From: Candidatus Methylomirabilota bacterium
Lineage (GTDB): Bacteria > Methylomirabilota > Methylomirabilia > Methylomirabilales > CSP1-5
Length of the DNA stretch: 48,257 nucleotides
Reading direction: 5' to 3'
NCBI GenBank assembly: GCA_019456075.1
Contig: VRUN01000005.1
Span: 1 to 48,257 of the forward strand
The notes beneath the pieces are model-generated. The model had not been told where the DNA came from, did not search any database, and was given only the letters and a program-made list of their open reading frames with translations. Positions 1 through 10,138 of the stretch are shown here, piece by piece (position 1 is the stretch's first letter; the number at the start of each line of letters is the position of its first letter). A program made the translations under genes and the position numbers.

Positions 1-89
1 AGCTGCGGATCCATCTCGGCCGCAGCGATTGCGGCGCGGATTCCTGCTCCCCCACCCCCTACGATGACCACATCATGTGTGCGAACCAT
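1..89 (-). CDS. FAD flavoprotein, 5' end only (SdhA/FrdA-like succinate dehydrogenase/fumarate reductase flavoprotein; L-aspartate oxidase not excluded); continues past window start
   Basis: Minus-strand ATG at 89..87 preceded by GAGAGGGGAAAGT (SD-like). Translation MVRTHDVVIVGGGGAGIRAAIAAAEMDPQ is a GxGxxG dinucleotide-binding N-terminus typical of SdhA/FrdA/NadB. Adjacent to mdh and icd. Confidence 0.5.
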   Translation of the reverse strand, partial: MVRTHDVVIVGGGGAGIRAAIAAAEMDPQ

Positions 90-116
90 ACTTTCCCCTC
101 TCGAGACGGATAGTCT

Positions 117-1103
<987 letters not shown>

Positions 1104-1127
1104 TCAAACATCCGACCTGGGACCCTC

Positions 1128-2378
1128 TCAGCCCATATTTTCGATGATGGCGTCTCCGAAGTGGGAGCACTTTACTTCGGTCGCCCCTTCCATTAACCGG
1201 GCGAAGTCATAGGTCACCACCTTCTTCTGGATCGTCTGCTCCATCCCCCGGTAGATGCGATCGGCCGCCGGCTGCCAGCCCAGGTGCTCGAGCATCATCG
1301 CCCCGGCGAGGATGACCGCGCCCGGGTTGACCTTGTCCTGGCCTGCGTACTTCGGGGCCGTCCCATGCGTCGCCTCAAACAGCGCCGTCGGAATCCCAAT
1401 ATTCGCCCCCGGCGCGATCCCGAGCCCCCCCACCTGGGCGGCGCAGGCGTCGGAGAGGTAGTCGCCATTGAGGTTCGGAGTCGCGAGGATGTCATACTCA
1501 TCGGTCCGGGTGAGAATCTGCTGGAACATGCTGTCGGCGATCCGATCCTTGACCACTACCACCCCCTCCGGCGCCCGCCCCCTGTATTTGGCCCACACCT
1601 CGTCTTCGGAGATGGTGACGTTGGGGAATTCCTCCCGCGCCAGCTCATACCCCCAGTCCCGAAACGCCCCTTCGGTGTATTTCATGATATTGCCCTTGTG
1701 CACGAGGGTGACGCTCTGGCGCTTCCGGGCCAGGGCATATTGAATCGCCATCCGCACGAGCTGTTTGGTACCGGTCACACTGATCGGCTTGATCCCCACG
1801 CCGGAGTCCGGCCGAATGTTGGCCTTCATCTCTTTCGAGAGAAAGTCGATGACCTTCTTCGCCTCCGGCGAGCCCTGGGCCCACTCGATCCCGGCGTAGA
1901 CATCCTCGGTATTCTCCCGGAAGATGACCACGTCCATTTTTTCCGGGTGCTTCACCGGGCTCGGCGTCCCTTTGAAATAGCGCACCGGCCGGATGCAGGC
2001 AAACAGGTTGAGGATCTGCCGCAGCGCGACGTTGAGGCTGCGGATGCCGCCCCCCACGGGGGTGGTCAGCGGCCCCTTAATCGCCACGAGGTGGTCCCGG
2101 ATGCTCGTGATGGTCGCCTCGGGAAGCCACTCCCCGGTCTCCTTATGCGCCTTCTCGCCGGCGAGAATCTCGGTCCAGACGATGCGCTTGCGTCCCCCGA
2201 AGGCCTTGTCAACCGCGGCGTCGATGACCCGGACGCTGGCCGCCCAGATGTCCACCCCAATCCCATCCCCCTCGATAAAGGGGATGATGGGGTCGTCGGG
2301 CACCACAAACTGTCCATCCTTGAACTGGATTCGACGACCCGTCAGTCCCGCACTTACCACCATCGTCTCCTTGCTCAT
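1128..2378 (-). CDS. icd: isocitrate dehydrogenase (NADP-dependent, homodimeric Icd type)
   Basis: ORF 1128..2432. Similar along its length to E. coli-type Icd ([36 protein letters not shown]). The start is placed at ATG 2378 (MSKETMVV..., 416 aa) because this matches Icd length. The upstream 18 codons are probably not translated. Confidence 0.9.
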   Translation of the reverse strand: MSKETMVVSAGLTGRRIQFKDGQFVVPDDPIIPFIEGDGIGVDIWAASVRVIDAAVDKAFGGRKRIVWTEILAGEKAHKETGEWLPEATITSIRDHLVAIKGPLTTPVGGGIRSLNVALRQILNLFACIRPVRYFKGTPSPVKHPEKMDVVIFRENTEDVYAGIEWAQGSPEAKKVIDFLSKEMKANIRPDSGVGIKPISVTGTKQLVRMAIQYALARKRQSVTLVHKGNIMKYTEGAFRDWGYELAREEFPNVTISEDEVWAKYRGRAPEGVVVVKDRIADSMFQQILTRTDEYDILATPNLNGDYLSDACAAQVGGLGIAPGANIGIPTALFEATHGTAPKYAGQDKVNPGAVILAGAMMLEHLGWQPAADRIYRGMEQTIQKKVVTYDFARLMEGATEVKCSHFGDAIIENMG

Positions 2379-2463
2379 CCATGATGCGTTAAAAAAAGAT
2401 GAGTGGACCGCTGAACGAATGAGCAGTACCACTTGGGGATTTGTACGGCAGAATTTCTACACA

Positions 2464-2492
2464 GACATACCATGACGCGGTGCGACTGTCAA
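2464..2492 (-). promoter_or_regulatory. candidate sigma-70 promoter upstream of icd (TTGACA-N17-TATGTC)
   Basis: Minus strand reads CCTTGACAGTCGCACCGCGTCATGGTATGTC, 12 nt after the der stop. It has a perfect -35 hexamer. The same CCTTGACAGTCG 12-mer recurs at 15656..15667. Confidence 0.35.
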
Positions 2493-2503
2493 GGTTGGCC
2501 CGG

Positions 2504-3841
2504 TCAGTCACTTCCCGTGCGGGAGCGTCCTCCTCGAAACCGGAGGCGGATGGGGTTTCCCTCGAAGCCGTAGGTATCCCGAAACCGATTCACCAGGTAT
2601 CGAGCATAGGATGGGGAAATGCTTTGGGGGGCGTTCGTGAAGAGGCCAAAGGTGGGTGGCCGGCATCCCAGCTGGGTCGCGTAACGGATCTTGATCTGCC
2701 GCCCCTTGGGCGCCGAGGGCGGGTGTTCTGTCACTACCTTGTCGACGAATTGATTGAGCTCACTGGTCGGTATGCGGCGATCCCCCTCTTTCAGCACGCG
2801 CTCCACGGCACCGAAGATTTTCACTACGCGCTGCCCGGTGACAGCCGAGACGAACAGGACCGGTGCATAGTCGAGATGGCCCAGCTTTTCCCGAATACGC
2901 CCGATGTGCTGATCGCCCACTCGTCCGCTTTTCTCCACCAGATCCCATTTGTTCACTACCACGATGGAGGCACACCCCGCCTCGTGGGCAATCCCAGCAA
3001 TTCGGGCATCCTGACGTACCACATCATCTGTCGCATCGAGGAGAATAAGAGCCACATCGCAGCGCTCTACGCTCTTGATGGCCCGCAGGACGCTGTAGTA
3101 CTCGACCCGATAGCTGATTTGGCTCTTGGACCGAATCCCCGCGGTGTCGACCAAAACATACCGTTGTCCTTCGTAGGTAAAGGGCGTATCAATGGCATCT
3201 CGTGTGGTCCCGGGGTCGGGACTGACGATGACCCGGGACTCGCCCAGGATGCGGTTGACCAGCGAGGATTTCCCGACATTTGGTCGTCCGATCACGGCGA
3301 TCGTCACAGCCTTTACAGCCGCCTCCTCCTTCTCTGGCGGAGGGAGAAGGCCTAGCAGGTGATCGAGGAGCTCCCCAACTCCAGTCCCGTGCTCCGCCGA
3401 GGCGGGAAAGACATCGGAAAACCCGAGGCGGTAAAACTCAGCAGCATGGGGATCCCTCTTCGGCGTATCCACCTTGTTGGCAACGAGGACAACCCGTTTC
3501 TCTGTTTTTTGCCGCAGGAGAAGGGCGACCTCCTCATCTAAAGGGGTAAGCCCCTCCTGGGCGTCCAGGAGAAAAAGAATCAGGTCCGCGTCCTCCATCG
3601 CCAATTGGGCCTGCTCGACCACCCGCTCAACAATAGGGGTGGGCGTCCTGGGCTCAAAGCCACCGGTGTCTATGAGAAGAAAAGCCCGCCCCCGCCACTG
3701 AACCGTCCCGTAGTTACGGTCCCTGGTGACGCCGGGGGTCGCCTCGACGATTGCCCGGCGTCCCCCCACCATCCGGTTGAAGAGGGTCGATTTCCCGACA
3801 TTAGGACGCCCGACGATGGCGACAGTAGCCATCCTTTCCAT
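2504..3841 (-). CDS. der: ribosome-associated GTPase Der (EngA)
   Basis: Two tandem G domains (GRPNVGKSTLFN...DTGG...NKVD and GRPNVGKSSLVN...DTAG...NKWD) plus a KH-like C-terminus. Start chosen at ATG 3841 (MERMATVAIVG), preceded by AAGGGG 6 nt upstream. The ORF is open to 3895. Confidence 0.9.
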   Translation of the reverse strand: MERMATVAIVGRPNVGKSTLFNRMVGGRRAIVEATPGVTRDRNYGTVQWRGRAFLLIDTGGFEPRTPTPIVERVVEQAQLAMEDADLILFLLDAQEGLTPLDEEVALLLRQKTEKRVVLVANKVDTPKRDPHAAEFYRLGFSDVFPASAEHGTGVGELLDHLLGLLPPPEKEEAAVKAVTIAVIGRPNVGKSSLVNRILGESRVIVSPDPGTTRDAIDTPFTYEGQRYVLVDTAGIRSKSQISYRVEYYSVLRAIKSVERCDVALILLDATDDVVRQDARIAGIAHEAGCASIVVVNKWDLVEKSGRVGDQHIGRIREKLGHLDYAPVLFVSAVTGQRVVKIFGAVERVLKEGDRRIPTSELNQFVDKVVTEHPPSAPKGRQIKIRYATQLGCRPPTFGLFTNAPQSISPSYARYLVNRFRDTYGFEGNPIRLRFRGGRSRTGSD

Positions 3842-4009
3842 GCTTATCCCCTTCGATCCTCCGATCAACACATGATTAGCATACTGCATCGGCACAGACC
3901 ACGCAACGAAGAGGAAAGGACCCCAAACGCTATTCGCACACAGGCCTGGTGACGGACGGAGAAGGCTGAGAGAGCACGTGAAGCGATGAACAGACAGGCG
4001 TGTCGTCGT

Positions 4010-4558
4010 CTAGGCAGGGGAAGTGTTCCGGGACCGGGAAATTAACTCGACGGCCCCCCGGTAAACATAGTCCAGCCCTGACAGGATCGTCACGGCCCCA
4101 GTTGCCCAGATGACAGGAGAAAGGACCGCATCCCCTGCCACCATAGTCATGGCCGCCAGAACTGTGAGGATCTGTAGTCCCGTGGTCAGCTTCCCTATCG
4201 CCGACGGCGGATAGCCCAGACGACCGTTTGTGAAGTAAAGGATGCAGGACCCCACCATCAAAACGAGGTCCCTCCCCACCGCAATCACTACAAGCCACAA
4301 GGGGAGTCGGCCTAGAAAGGCCAGGGTAAAAAACGCCGAGCCCAGCAGGATCTTATCCGCGACCGGGTCAAGGACCCTTCCGAACTCCGTCCGCTCGCGC
4401 CGGGACCGCGCCAAGAATCCGTCGAGCCCATCGGTGATCGCGGCCAAGAGAAAGAGCAGGAGTGCCCACGAAAACGCCCCATCGACGAGGAGCACGACGA
4501 TCAGCGGTGCCAGAATTAAACGCAGGAAGGTTAACCCATTGGGGAGATTGAAGATCAC
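4010..4558 (-). CDS. pgsA: CDP-diacylglycerol--glycerol-3-phosphate 3-phosphatidyltransferase (CDP-alcohol phosphatidyltransferase family)
   Basis: 182-aa polytopic protein with the family motif DGLDGFLARSRRERTEFGRVLDPVADK. Confidence 0.85.
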   Translation of the reverse strand: MIFNLPNGLTFLRLILAPLIVVLLVDGAFSWALLLFLLAAITDGLDGFLARSRRERTEFGRVLDPVADKILLGSAFFTLAFLGRLPLWLVVIAVGRDLVLMVGSCILYFTNGRLGYPPSAIGKLTTGLQILTVLAAMTMVAGDAVLSPVIWATGAVTILSGLDYVYRGAVELISRSRNTSPA

Positions 4559-4652
4559 GGTCTTTGCCCCTTATTCCCCAACGCCTGGCGTGAGGATTTC
4601 CAACTCGCCCCTAAACTTCCACCCCACACCATAGACATGACGGCGTGATGAT

Positions 4653-5789
4653 TCAGCCCCGACCGCGCGCCTCCGATCGAGCTCTTGCCTCGTCCAGCCC
4701 ATTTAAGGTCTCTCCAATAGCAGTCTTGATCTCGGCAAGCCCTGCACCAGTCTTCGCCGAGGTCACCACGGACCGGGGCCTCCGGGTCAGAAAAGTAACC
4801 GCCTCGGGATGCGGGAGTTTATCCACCTTGTTGTAAACGTTGATCAGCGGCTTTGCGGCAACCCCCAGTTCTTCCAAAACCGCAATCACCCCTTGTTCCT
4901 GCCTTTGCCAATGGTGATGGGAAATATCGATCACGTGGAGCAGGAGATCTGCGGTCCGCACTTCCTCCAGGGTGGCTTTGAAAGATGCCACCAGTTGGTG
5001 CGGAAGTTTTCTGATGAATCCCACGGTATCGGACAGGAGGACTGCCCGGCCGTCAGGCAAGATCACCTTCCGCAACGTAGGATCCAGGGTGGCGAAGAAC
5101 TTATCGGCAACCGGGAGTTCGGCGTGGGTCAGCGCATTCAAGAGAGAGGACTTCCCCGCATTGGTGTATCCGACCAGGGCTGCCGTTGGGAGGCCCTGTT
5201 TGTGCCGGCGTCGGCGCAAGAGTGCCCGATGGCGTTGGACTTTCTCTAGCTCCCCCTCGATCTTGACGATGCGGCGCCGAATCCGCCGACGGTCTACCTC
5301 GAGTTGGGTCTCACCTGGGCCCCGCGTTCCGATTCCACCTCCCAGCCGGGAGAGTTCGGCGCCATGCCCGGTGAGGCGCGGGAGCAAATATTTGAGCTGG
5401 GCCAGCTCGACTTGAAGTTTTCCCTCTTTTGACCGGGCCCGCTGCGCAAAGATATCCAGGATAAGCCCGGTCCGGTCGATCACCCTCCGTCCGAGCGTCG
5501 ATTCGAGATTCCGCTGCTGGGAGCCCGTGAGGTCATCGTCGAAGATGACGAGGTCCACCCCCTCTTCACAGATCCCTCTGACCTCCTGGGCTTTCCCCGG
5601 ACCGATCAGCATGCGGGGATTAAGTAGGGCTCGCTCTTGGAAGACGCGGAAAGCGGGCTCGGCCCCTGCCGAGACCGCCAGTTGCACCAACTCGTCTAGG
5701 GAGTCCTCAGCCTCCCAGCGGGGCTGACGAGGCCGCCTGAGCCCGATCAGGAGCGCCACTTCACGTTGTAGAAAGGCCATCGTTTTCAC
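4653..5789 (-). CDS. hflX: GTPase HflX
   Basis: HflX N-terminal domain, coiled linker and G domain (GYTNAGKSSLLNAL, DTVGF, NKVD). The start overlaps the tyrA stop by 4 nt. Confidence 0.9.
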   Translation of the reverse strand: MKTMAFLQREVALLIGLRRPRQPRWEAEDSLDELVQLAVSAGAEPAFRVFQERALLNPRMLIGPGKAQEVRGICEEGVDLVIFDDDLTGSQQRNLESTLGRRVIDRTGLILDIFAQRARSKEGKLQVELAQLKYLLPRLTGHGAELSRLGGGIGTRGPGETQLEVDRRRIRRRIVKIEGELEKVQRHRALLRRRRHKQGLPTAALVGYTNAGKSSLLNALTHAELPVADKFFATLDPTLRKVILPDGRAVLLSDTVGFIRKLPHQLVASFKATLEEVRTADLLLHVIDISHHHWQRQEQGVIAVLEELGVAAKPLINVYNKVDKLPHPEAVTFLTRRPRSVVTSAKTGAGLAEIKTAIGETLNGLDEARARSEARGRG

Positions 5790-6649
5790 CGAAGTTGCTC
5801 ACGCACTTCCTTGGCCCGCTGAAACTCTTGAATCAAGCGGGCGGCATCCTCCGTCCGAATCATCTCTTCAATCTGCTCAAGCACCTCCCGGAATTTGGCA
5901 ATGGACTCCAGGACCTCCCCGCGATTTTGGATCAAAATATCACGCCACATCACTGGATGAGAGGCCGCAATCCGCGTAAAATCCCGAAGTCCGCCAGCAC
6001 TGAAATGCAGAAGGTCCTCCCCCCCGTCCGCATGGTTCAGGATGGTTCCGATCAGCGCGTAGGCCACCACATGCGGCAGGTGGCTCATGAGGGCGAAAAT
6101 CTGATCATGTCGAAACGGGTCCATCAGGACCACGTGAGACCCCGCTCTTTCCCACAGGTGAATCACCTTCTTGAGCGCCTCCTCGGAAGTCCGGGAACTC
6201 GGCGTGATTACGCACAGGCTCCCCTCAAAAAGTGCGGGTGAGGCAGCTTCGGGTCCAGACCGTTCAGTCCCGGCAATCGGATGACCCGGGACGTAGTGTC
6301 GGCCTGGAGGTATTTCTGCCTCCACCGCCGCGACGAGATCACCCTTCACGCTCCCCACATCGGTCACAATGCATCCCGGCGCGAGATAGGGCGCAACAGC
6401 ATGGACCACCTGCAGGACGACCCCAACCGGGACCGCCACCACGACGAGGTCGGCCCCCTCGACTCCCGTGGGAAAATCTGCCACCTGGTCCACGAGGCCC
6501 AGGGTGACTGCCTCTTTCAGATGGGCCCGGTCAGTATCCAGCCCAACCACGCACCGAGCAATCCTGGCGCGGCAGGACTGAGCCAGGCTGCCACCGATTA
6601 GCCCCACGCCGATCACGGCCATCCGCTCAAAGATCGGTTCACGGTTCAT
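5786..6649 (-). CDS. tyrA: prephenate (or arogenate) dehydrogenase
   Basis: MAVIGVGLIGGSLA NAD-binding fold, HPIAGTE motif and a PDH C-terminal domain. The start is either ATG 6649 (inside the heptad repeat) or ATG 6622. Confidence 0.85.
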   Translation of the reverse strand: MNREPIFERMAVIGVGLIGGSLAQSCRARIARCVVGLDTDRAHLKEAVTLGLVDQVADFPTGVEGADLVVVAVPVGVVLQVVHAVAPYLAPGCIVTDVGSVKGDLVAAVEAEIPPGRHYVPGHPIAGTERSGPEAASPALFEGSLCVITPSSRTSEEALKKVIHLWERAGSHVVLMDPFRHDQIFALMSHLPHVVAYALIGTILNHADGGEDLLHFSAGGLRDFTRIAASHPVMWRDILIQNRGEVLESIAKFREVLEQIEEMIRTEDAARLIQEFQRAKEVREQLR

Positions 6650-6729
6650 AGTTCACCGTTCACAGTTCGCTGACCGTTGACCGATGACGGTCTGAATTCG
6701 ATGGCCGGTCGTCGGTGGTCGGTCATCGT
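6637..6729. repeat. heptad-periodic repeat block: (GTTCACN)x5, then (TGACCGN)x3, then GGTCGTC/GGTGGTC/GGTCATC
   Basis: Read directly: GTTCACG GTTCATA GTTCACC GTTCACA GTTCGCT (6637..6671), then TGACCGT TGACCGA TGACGGT (6671..6691), then GGTCGTC GGTGGTC GGTCATC (6706..6726). This fills the aroF-tyrA spacer. The left part is about 28/32 identical to 43859..43890. Confidence 0.8.
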
Positions 6730-6731
6730 CT

Positions 6732-7745
6732 TTAGAGTGCCCGACCCACGATGGGTGCCAAAGCCCGGATCTGTTCCATCAGTGTCGCAAACCGGTCGGG
6801 GACCAGAGCTTGGGGTCCATCGGATAAGGCCACTTCTGGTTGGGGATGGACCTCGACCATGACCCCATCTGCACCCGCGGCGATGGCACCCAAGGCCAGA
6901 GGGGAAACCAGATCCCATCTCCCGGCTGCGTGACTCGGATCGACGATCACGGGGAGGTGAGAAAGCTGCTTGAGGGATGGAACCGCCGAAAGGTCCAGTG
7001 TGTTGCGCGTATACTCCTCAAAGGTCCGGATGCCACGTTCGCAGAGGATAATATTATAGTTCCCCTCGGACATGATGTATTCGGCCGACATGAGGAGCTC
7101 CGTGATCGTGGAGCTCATTCCCCGTTTCAGGAGGACCGGCTTGCGATAGACGCCGACCTCTTTGAGGAGTCGAAAGTTCTGCATGTTCCTGGCCCCGATT
7201 TGGACCAAGTCGGCATACTTCATGACGAGGTCCGCATCCCGAGGGTCCATAAGCTCGGTCACCACCGGCAGTCCGGTGATCTCCCGAGCTTCGGCCAAAT
7301 ACCTCAGCGCTTCCTCCCCCAACCCCTGGAATGAATAAGGGGAGGTTCTCGGCTTAAATGCCCCGCCTCTCAGCAGCGTCCCTCCCCATTTCTTAACCTC
7401 CCCGGCAGTATCCAAGAGCATCTGGCGCCCCTCCACCGAGCAGGGGCCGGCAATTACGGCCAATCGCTTTCCTCCCACCGCCACACCGTTGACCTCCACC
7501 ACACTTGGCTCGGTCTTGAAATCCCGGCTGGCAAGTTTGAAGGGCTTCAAAATCGGGAGAACTTCCTCGACGCCTGGCAAGGCCTGGAAAGGGACATTCC
7601 GAAGGATCCGTTCGTCTCCGATGGCTCCGATGATGGTTCGCTCCACTCCTGTGGAGATATGGGGCTTGAGTCCGTGCTGGGAAATTCGCTCCACCACCTG
7701 GTCGATGTCTGCCTGGGTGGCGGAGGATCGCATCACGATGATCAT
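6732..7745 (-). CDS. aroF: 3-deoxy-7-phosphoheptulonate (DAHP) synthase, type I-beta with N-terminal ferredoxin-like regulatory domain
   Basis: 337 aa, Thermotoga-type architecture. An N-terminal domain of about 65 aa ([21 protein letters not shown]) is followed by a KDO8P-synthase-like TIM barrel ([21 protein letters not shown]). Overlaps hisC by 4 nt. Confidence 0.88.
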   Translation of the reverse strand: MIIVMRSSATQADIDQVVERISQHGLKPHISTGVERTIIGAIGDERILRNVPFQALPGVEEVLPILKPFKLASRDFKTEPSVVEVNGVAVGGKRLAVIAGPCSVEGRQMLLDTAGEVKKWGGTLLRGGAFKPRTSPYSFQGLGEEALRYLAEAREITGLPVVTELMDPRDADLVMKYADLVQIGARNMQNFRLLKEVGVYRKPVLLKRGMSSTITELLMSAEYIMSEGNYNIILCERGIRTFEEYTRNTLDLSAVPSLKQLSHLPVIVDPSHAAGRWDLVSPLALGAIAAGADGVMVEVHPQPEVALSDGPQALVPDRFATLMEQIRALAPIVGRAL

Positions 7746-8908
7746 TGGTCACTCCTCCCACCTGTGGAATCTGAGGATCTCACCGCTGCCTCCACCTCGT
7801 CGAGAACATCGCCCAGGCCCTTGAGGGCCCGGGCGTTCTCTTGCGGTGTCCCTATCGTTACGCGAATATGTGTCGGGAGACCATACACTTCCATCGACCG
7901 AACGATGATCCCCTTCCGAAGAAGGGCGTGGGCGACGGCTCTCCCCTCAACTCCGACGTCGACTAAAATGAAGTTCGTTACACTCGGAGTATAGGAAAGT
8001 CCCATCTCGCCTAGGCGGGCCTGTAGGCTCCGACGTCCCCCCTCGGTGATCCGAACCGTCTCTTTGAGGTGAGCCGTATCATCAAGCGCGGCCGCGGCCG
8101 CCTTCTGGGCCAGCGTGTTTACGTTGAAAGGCTGCCGCACTCGATTCAGAATATTCGCCATCGCGGCCGGGGCCACTCCGTACCCAATCCGCAGTCCCGC
8201 GAGGCCGTACGCCTTCGAAAAGGTCCTGAGAGCCAAAACATAGCGCCCATCCCGGATAGGCCTGAGGAGGTCCGGCTGAAGATCCCGGGGGACATACTCC
8301 CGGTATGCTTCATCCACAACCAGGATGACATTCTCAGGAAGCTCCTGCAAAAAATCGTGCACGTCCGTCGGGGAAACGCATGTCCCAGTCGGATTATTCG
8401 GGTTGCCAAGAAAGACCAGCTTGGTCCGAGCGGTCACCGCCTGCAGCATTCGGGGCAGATCGTGAGTAAAATCCTTGAGGGGGACCTCTCGGATGTCGCA
8501 TCCCACCGCCTGACAGACGCTCCGATACACGACAAAGGCCGGATGGCCCATGATGGCTTCATCCCCTGGTCCCAAAAAGGCCCGGGTGACTAGCTCCAGT
8601 AGTTCATTGCTTCCGTTCCCGAAGCAGAGCTCCTCCGGACTCATGCCCAGATGTTGGCTCAGCCGCTGGCGCAAGCTGTGACAACCCCCATCGGGATACC
8701 GGTGAATCTCTTGAAGCGTCTCACGAATGGCCTGCAGGGCCGAAGGCGAGGGACCCAGGGGATTCTCGTTGGAGGCAAGCTTGAGCACTTCATCGAGGCC
8801 GAGCTCCCGCTCCACCTCTTCCATCGGTCTTCCCGGGCTGTACGGGATCAGCCCAAGAACCTGAGGCCGTGCCAACTCCTCAAGCGATTTACCGCCTCGT
8901 TTCATCAT
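7742..8908 (-). CDS. hisC: histidinol-phosphate / aromatic aminotransferase (class II PLP aminotransferase, HisC family)
   Basis: LASNENPLGPSP, VVDEAYREY and the SKAYGLAGLRIGY PLP-lysine motif. Embedded in the aromatic amino-acid operon. Confidence 0.85.
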   Translation of the reverse strand: MMKRGGKSLEELARPQVLGLIPYSPGRPMEEVERELGLDEVLKLASNENPLGPSPSALQAIRETLQEIHRYPDGGCHSLRQRLSQHLGMSPEELCFGNGSNELLELVTRAFLGPGDEAIMGHPAFVVYRSVCQAVGCDIREVPLKDFTHDLPRMLQAVTARTKLVFLGNPNNPTGTCVSPTDVHDFLQELPENVILVVDEAYREYVPRDLQPDLLRPIRDGRYVLALRTFSKAYGLAGLRIGYGVAPAAMANILNRVRQPFNVNTLAQKAAAAALDDTAHLKETVRITEGGRRSLQARLGEMGLSYTPSVTNFILVDVGVEGRAVAHALLRKGIIVRSMEVYGLPTHIRVTIGTPQENARALKGLGDVLDEVEAAVRSSDSTGGRSDQ

Positions 8909-8985
8909 TCATTCTTCCCAAACGACAATATCACGCCCGCCGCCAAGCACCATCCCGAGGCAACCCCACCCGTCGTTTCGATCCT

Positions 8986-10098
8986 TCAGCTTTTGGCCCG
9001 GAGTGGCTCTTTGGGATACGATCCCAAGACTTTCAGGAAAAGGCACTCCTCCCGAAGCCCCTCTAGCGCCGCCTTCACCCGCGTATCCTCGTCATGACCC
9101 TCGAAATCCACATAAAAGATATACTCCCAGACCCGGTAGCGGGAGGGCCGCGACTCGATCTTTGTTAAGTTGATCTGGTTGCGGGCGAACGGCTCCAGCA
9201 TCCGATAGAGCGCCCCGACCCGGTCCCGGATCGTGAACAGGATGGACGTCTTGTCATTCCCGGTGATGGGACACGGCACCTGTCCGATGATGAGAAACCG
9301 CGTGAAATTATACGGACTGTCTTCAATCCGAGACGCCACCACTTTGAGATCGTAGAAGCGGCTCGCCAGCTCAGAAGCAATGGCCCCTGCCGTCTCATCC
9401 TGCGAAGCGAGTTCCGCTGCAACCGCGGTGGAGGCAACCTCGAAGAGCGCAACCTTCGGCATATTCGCCTCCAGCCACTTTCGAGATTGGGCGATGGCAT
9501 GAGGATGGGAGTAGATCTTGACAATCCGTCCCTTCTCTCCGTCCTTGGAGAGGAGGTGATGGGAAACCTCCATGAGGATCTCGCCACAAATCTTGAGGTC
9601 GGAATCAACGAACACGTCGAGGGTATGACTGACGACTCCCTCGGTCGAGTTTTCGACCGGCACGACCCCATAGTCCGCTTTCCCCTTCTCCACCTCGTTG
9701 AAGACTTCCCCAATCCCGCGAAGCGGGATGTATTCCGCCAGCTGGCCATAGCGCTTCATACAGGCCATATGGGTAAAGGTCGCCTGGGGCCCGAGGTAGC
9801 CCACTTTGAGGGCCTGTTCCAGAGAGAGACACGCCGAGAGAATCTCCCGGTACACTCCTGTGACTGCCCTGTCAGGGAAAGGTCCCCGGTTCTCCCGGGT
9901 GAGGCGATCGATAATTTCTTCCTCCCGTTGCGGAGAGTGGTATGCAATATCCCCCTTGGCCTTCTCCTCGCCCACCCGTACTACGATCTCGGCTCGACGA
10001 TTTAAGAGCTCAAGGATCTGGCTGTCAATAGCATCGATCTGCTGTCGAAACTCGTCGATTCCCATGTTTTCTCTATCTTCATTCACCACAGTCTGCAC
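8986..10098 (-). CDS. pheA: bifunctional chorismate mutase / prephenate dehydratase (P-protein)
   Basis: N-terminal CM_2 domain (IDAIDSQILELLNRRAEIV), PDT domain (VGYLGPQATFTH, TRFLIIG) and a C-terminal ACT domain (TKIESRPS). Confidence 0.92.
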   Translation of the reverse strand: MQTVVNEDRENMGIDEFRQQIDAIDSQILELLNRRAEIVVRVGEEKAKGDIAYHSPQREEEIIDRLTRENRGPFPDRAVTGVYREILSACLSLEQALKVGYLGPQATFTHMACMKRYGQLAEYIPLRGIGEVFNEVEKGKADYGVVPVENSTEGVVSHTLDVFVDSDLKICGEILMEVSHHLLSKDGEKGRIVKIYSHPHAIAQSRKWLEANMPKVALFEVASTAVAAELASQDETAGAIASELASRFYDLKVVASRIEDSPYNFTRFLIIGQVPCPITGNDKTSILFTIRDRVGALYRMLEPFARNQINLTKIESRPSRYRVWEYIFYVDFEGHDEDTRVKAALEGLREECLFLKVLGSYPKEPLRAKS

Positions 10099-10138
10099 CC
10101 GAAGACCGCGGCATTATAGTGAAGAGTCGGAACCCGAA

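Noticed and set aside
1284-2384. Long antisense or alternative-frame ORFs. These are 1284..2384(+), 21422..22333(-), 37741..38724(+), 40858..41697(+), 44297..45232(+) and 46034..47209(+), each 250-390 aa.
   Set aside because: Each lies entirely inside a confidently identified gene (icd, gcdH, M50 protease, acylase, nadK/tlyA, xseA). Their translations are Arg/Pro/Gly-rich and low in complexity, with no recognisable motifs. This is the usual shadow-ORF behaviour of GC-rich DNA.
2379-2432. An 18-codon N-terminal extension of icd. Similar upstream extensions occur on der (3842..3895), rapZ (17400..17423), lysC (13037..13081), the pgsA paralogue (13603..13713), the yhaM-like gene (25584..25655) and the DUF4013 gene (36339..36368).
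   Set aside because: The extensions have no counterpart in the respective families. Several overlap the upstream gene by tens of nt. Better-placed starts with SDs or stop/start overlaps exist downstream. Start choices remain predictions.
2391-2440. A T7 run (minus strand, 2391..2397) just upstream of the icd start as an intrinsic terminator or attenuator.
   Set aside because: The only preceding stem is 5 bp (AGTGG/CCACT) with a loop of about 21 nt. That is too weak to call, and the T-run may simply be part of an AT-rich leader.
6637-6729. CRISPR array or coding mini-repeat interpretation of the heptad arrays. The track ORFs 6646..6918 and 43640..43945 both end in ...TVNGEL.
   Set aside because: The repeat unit is 7 nt with no spacers, far too short for CRISPR. 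The shared TVNGEL peptide is just a translation of GTGAAC repeats in spurious ORFs that overlap real genes.
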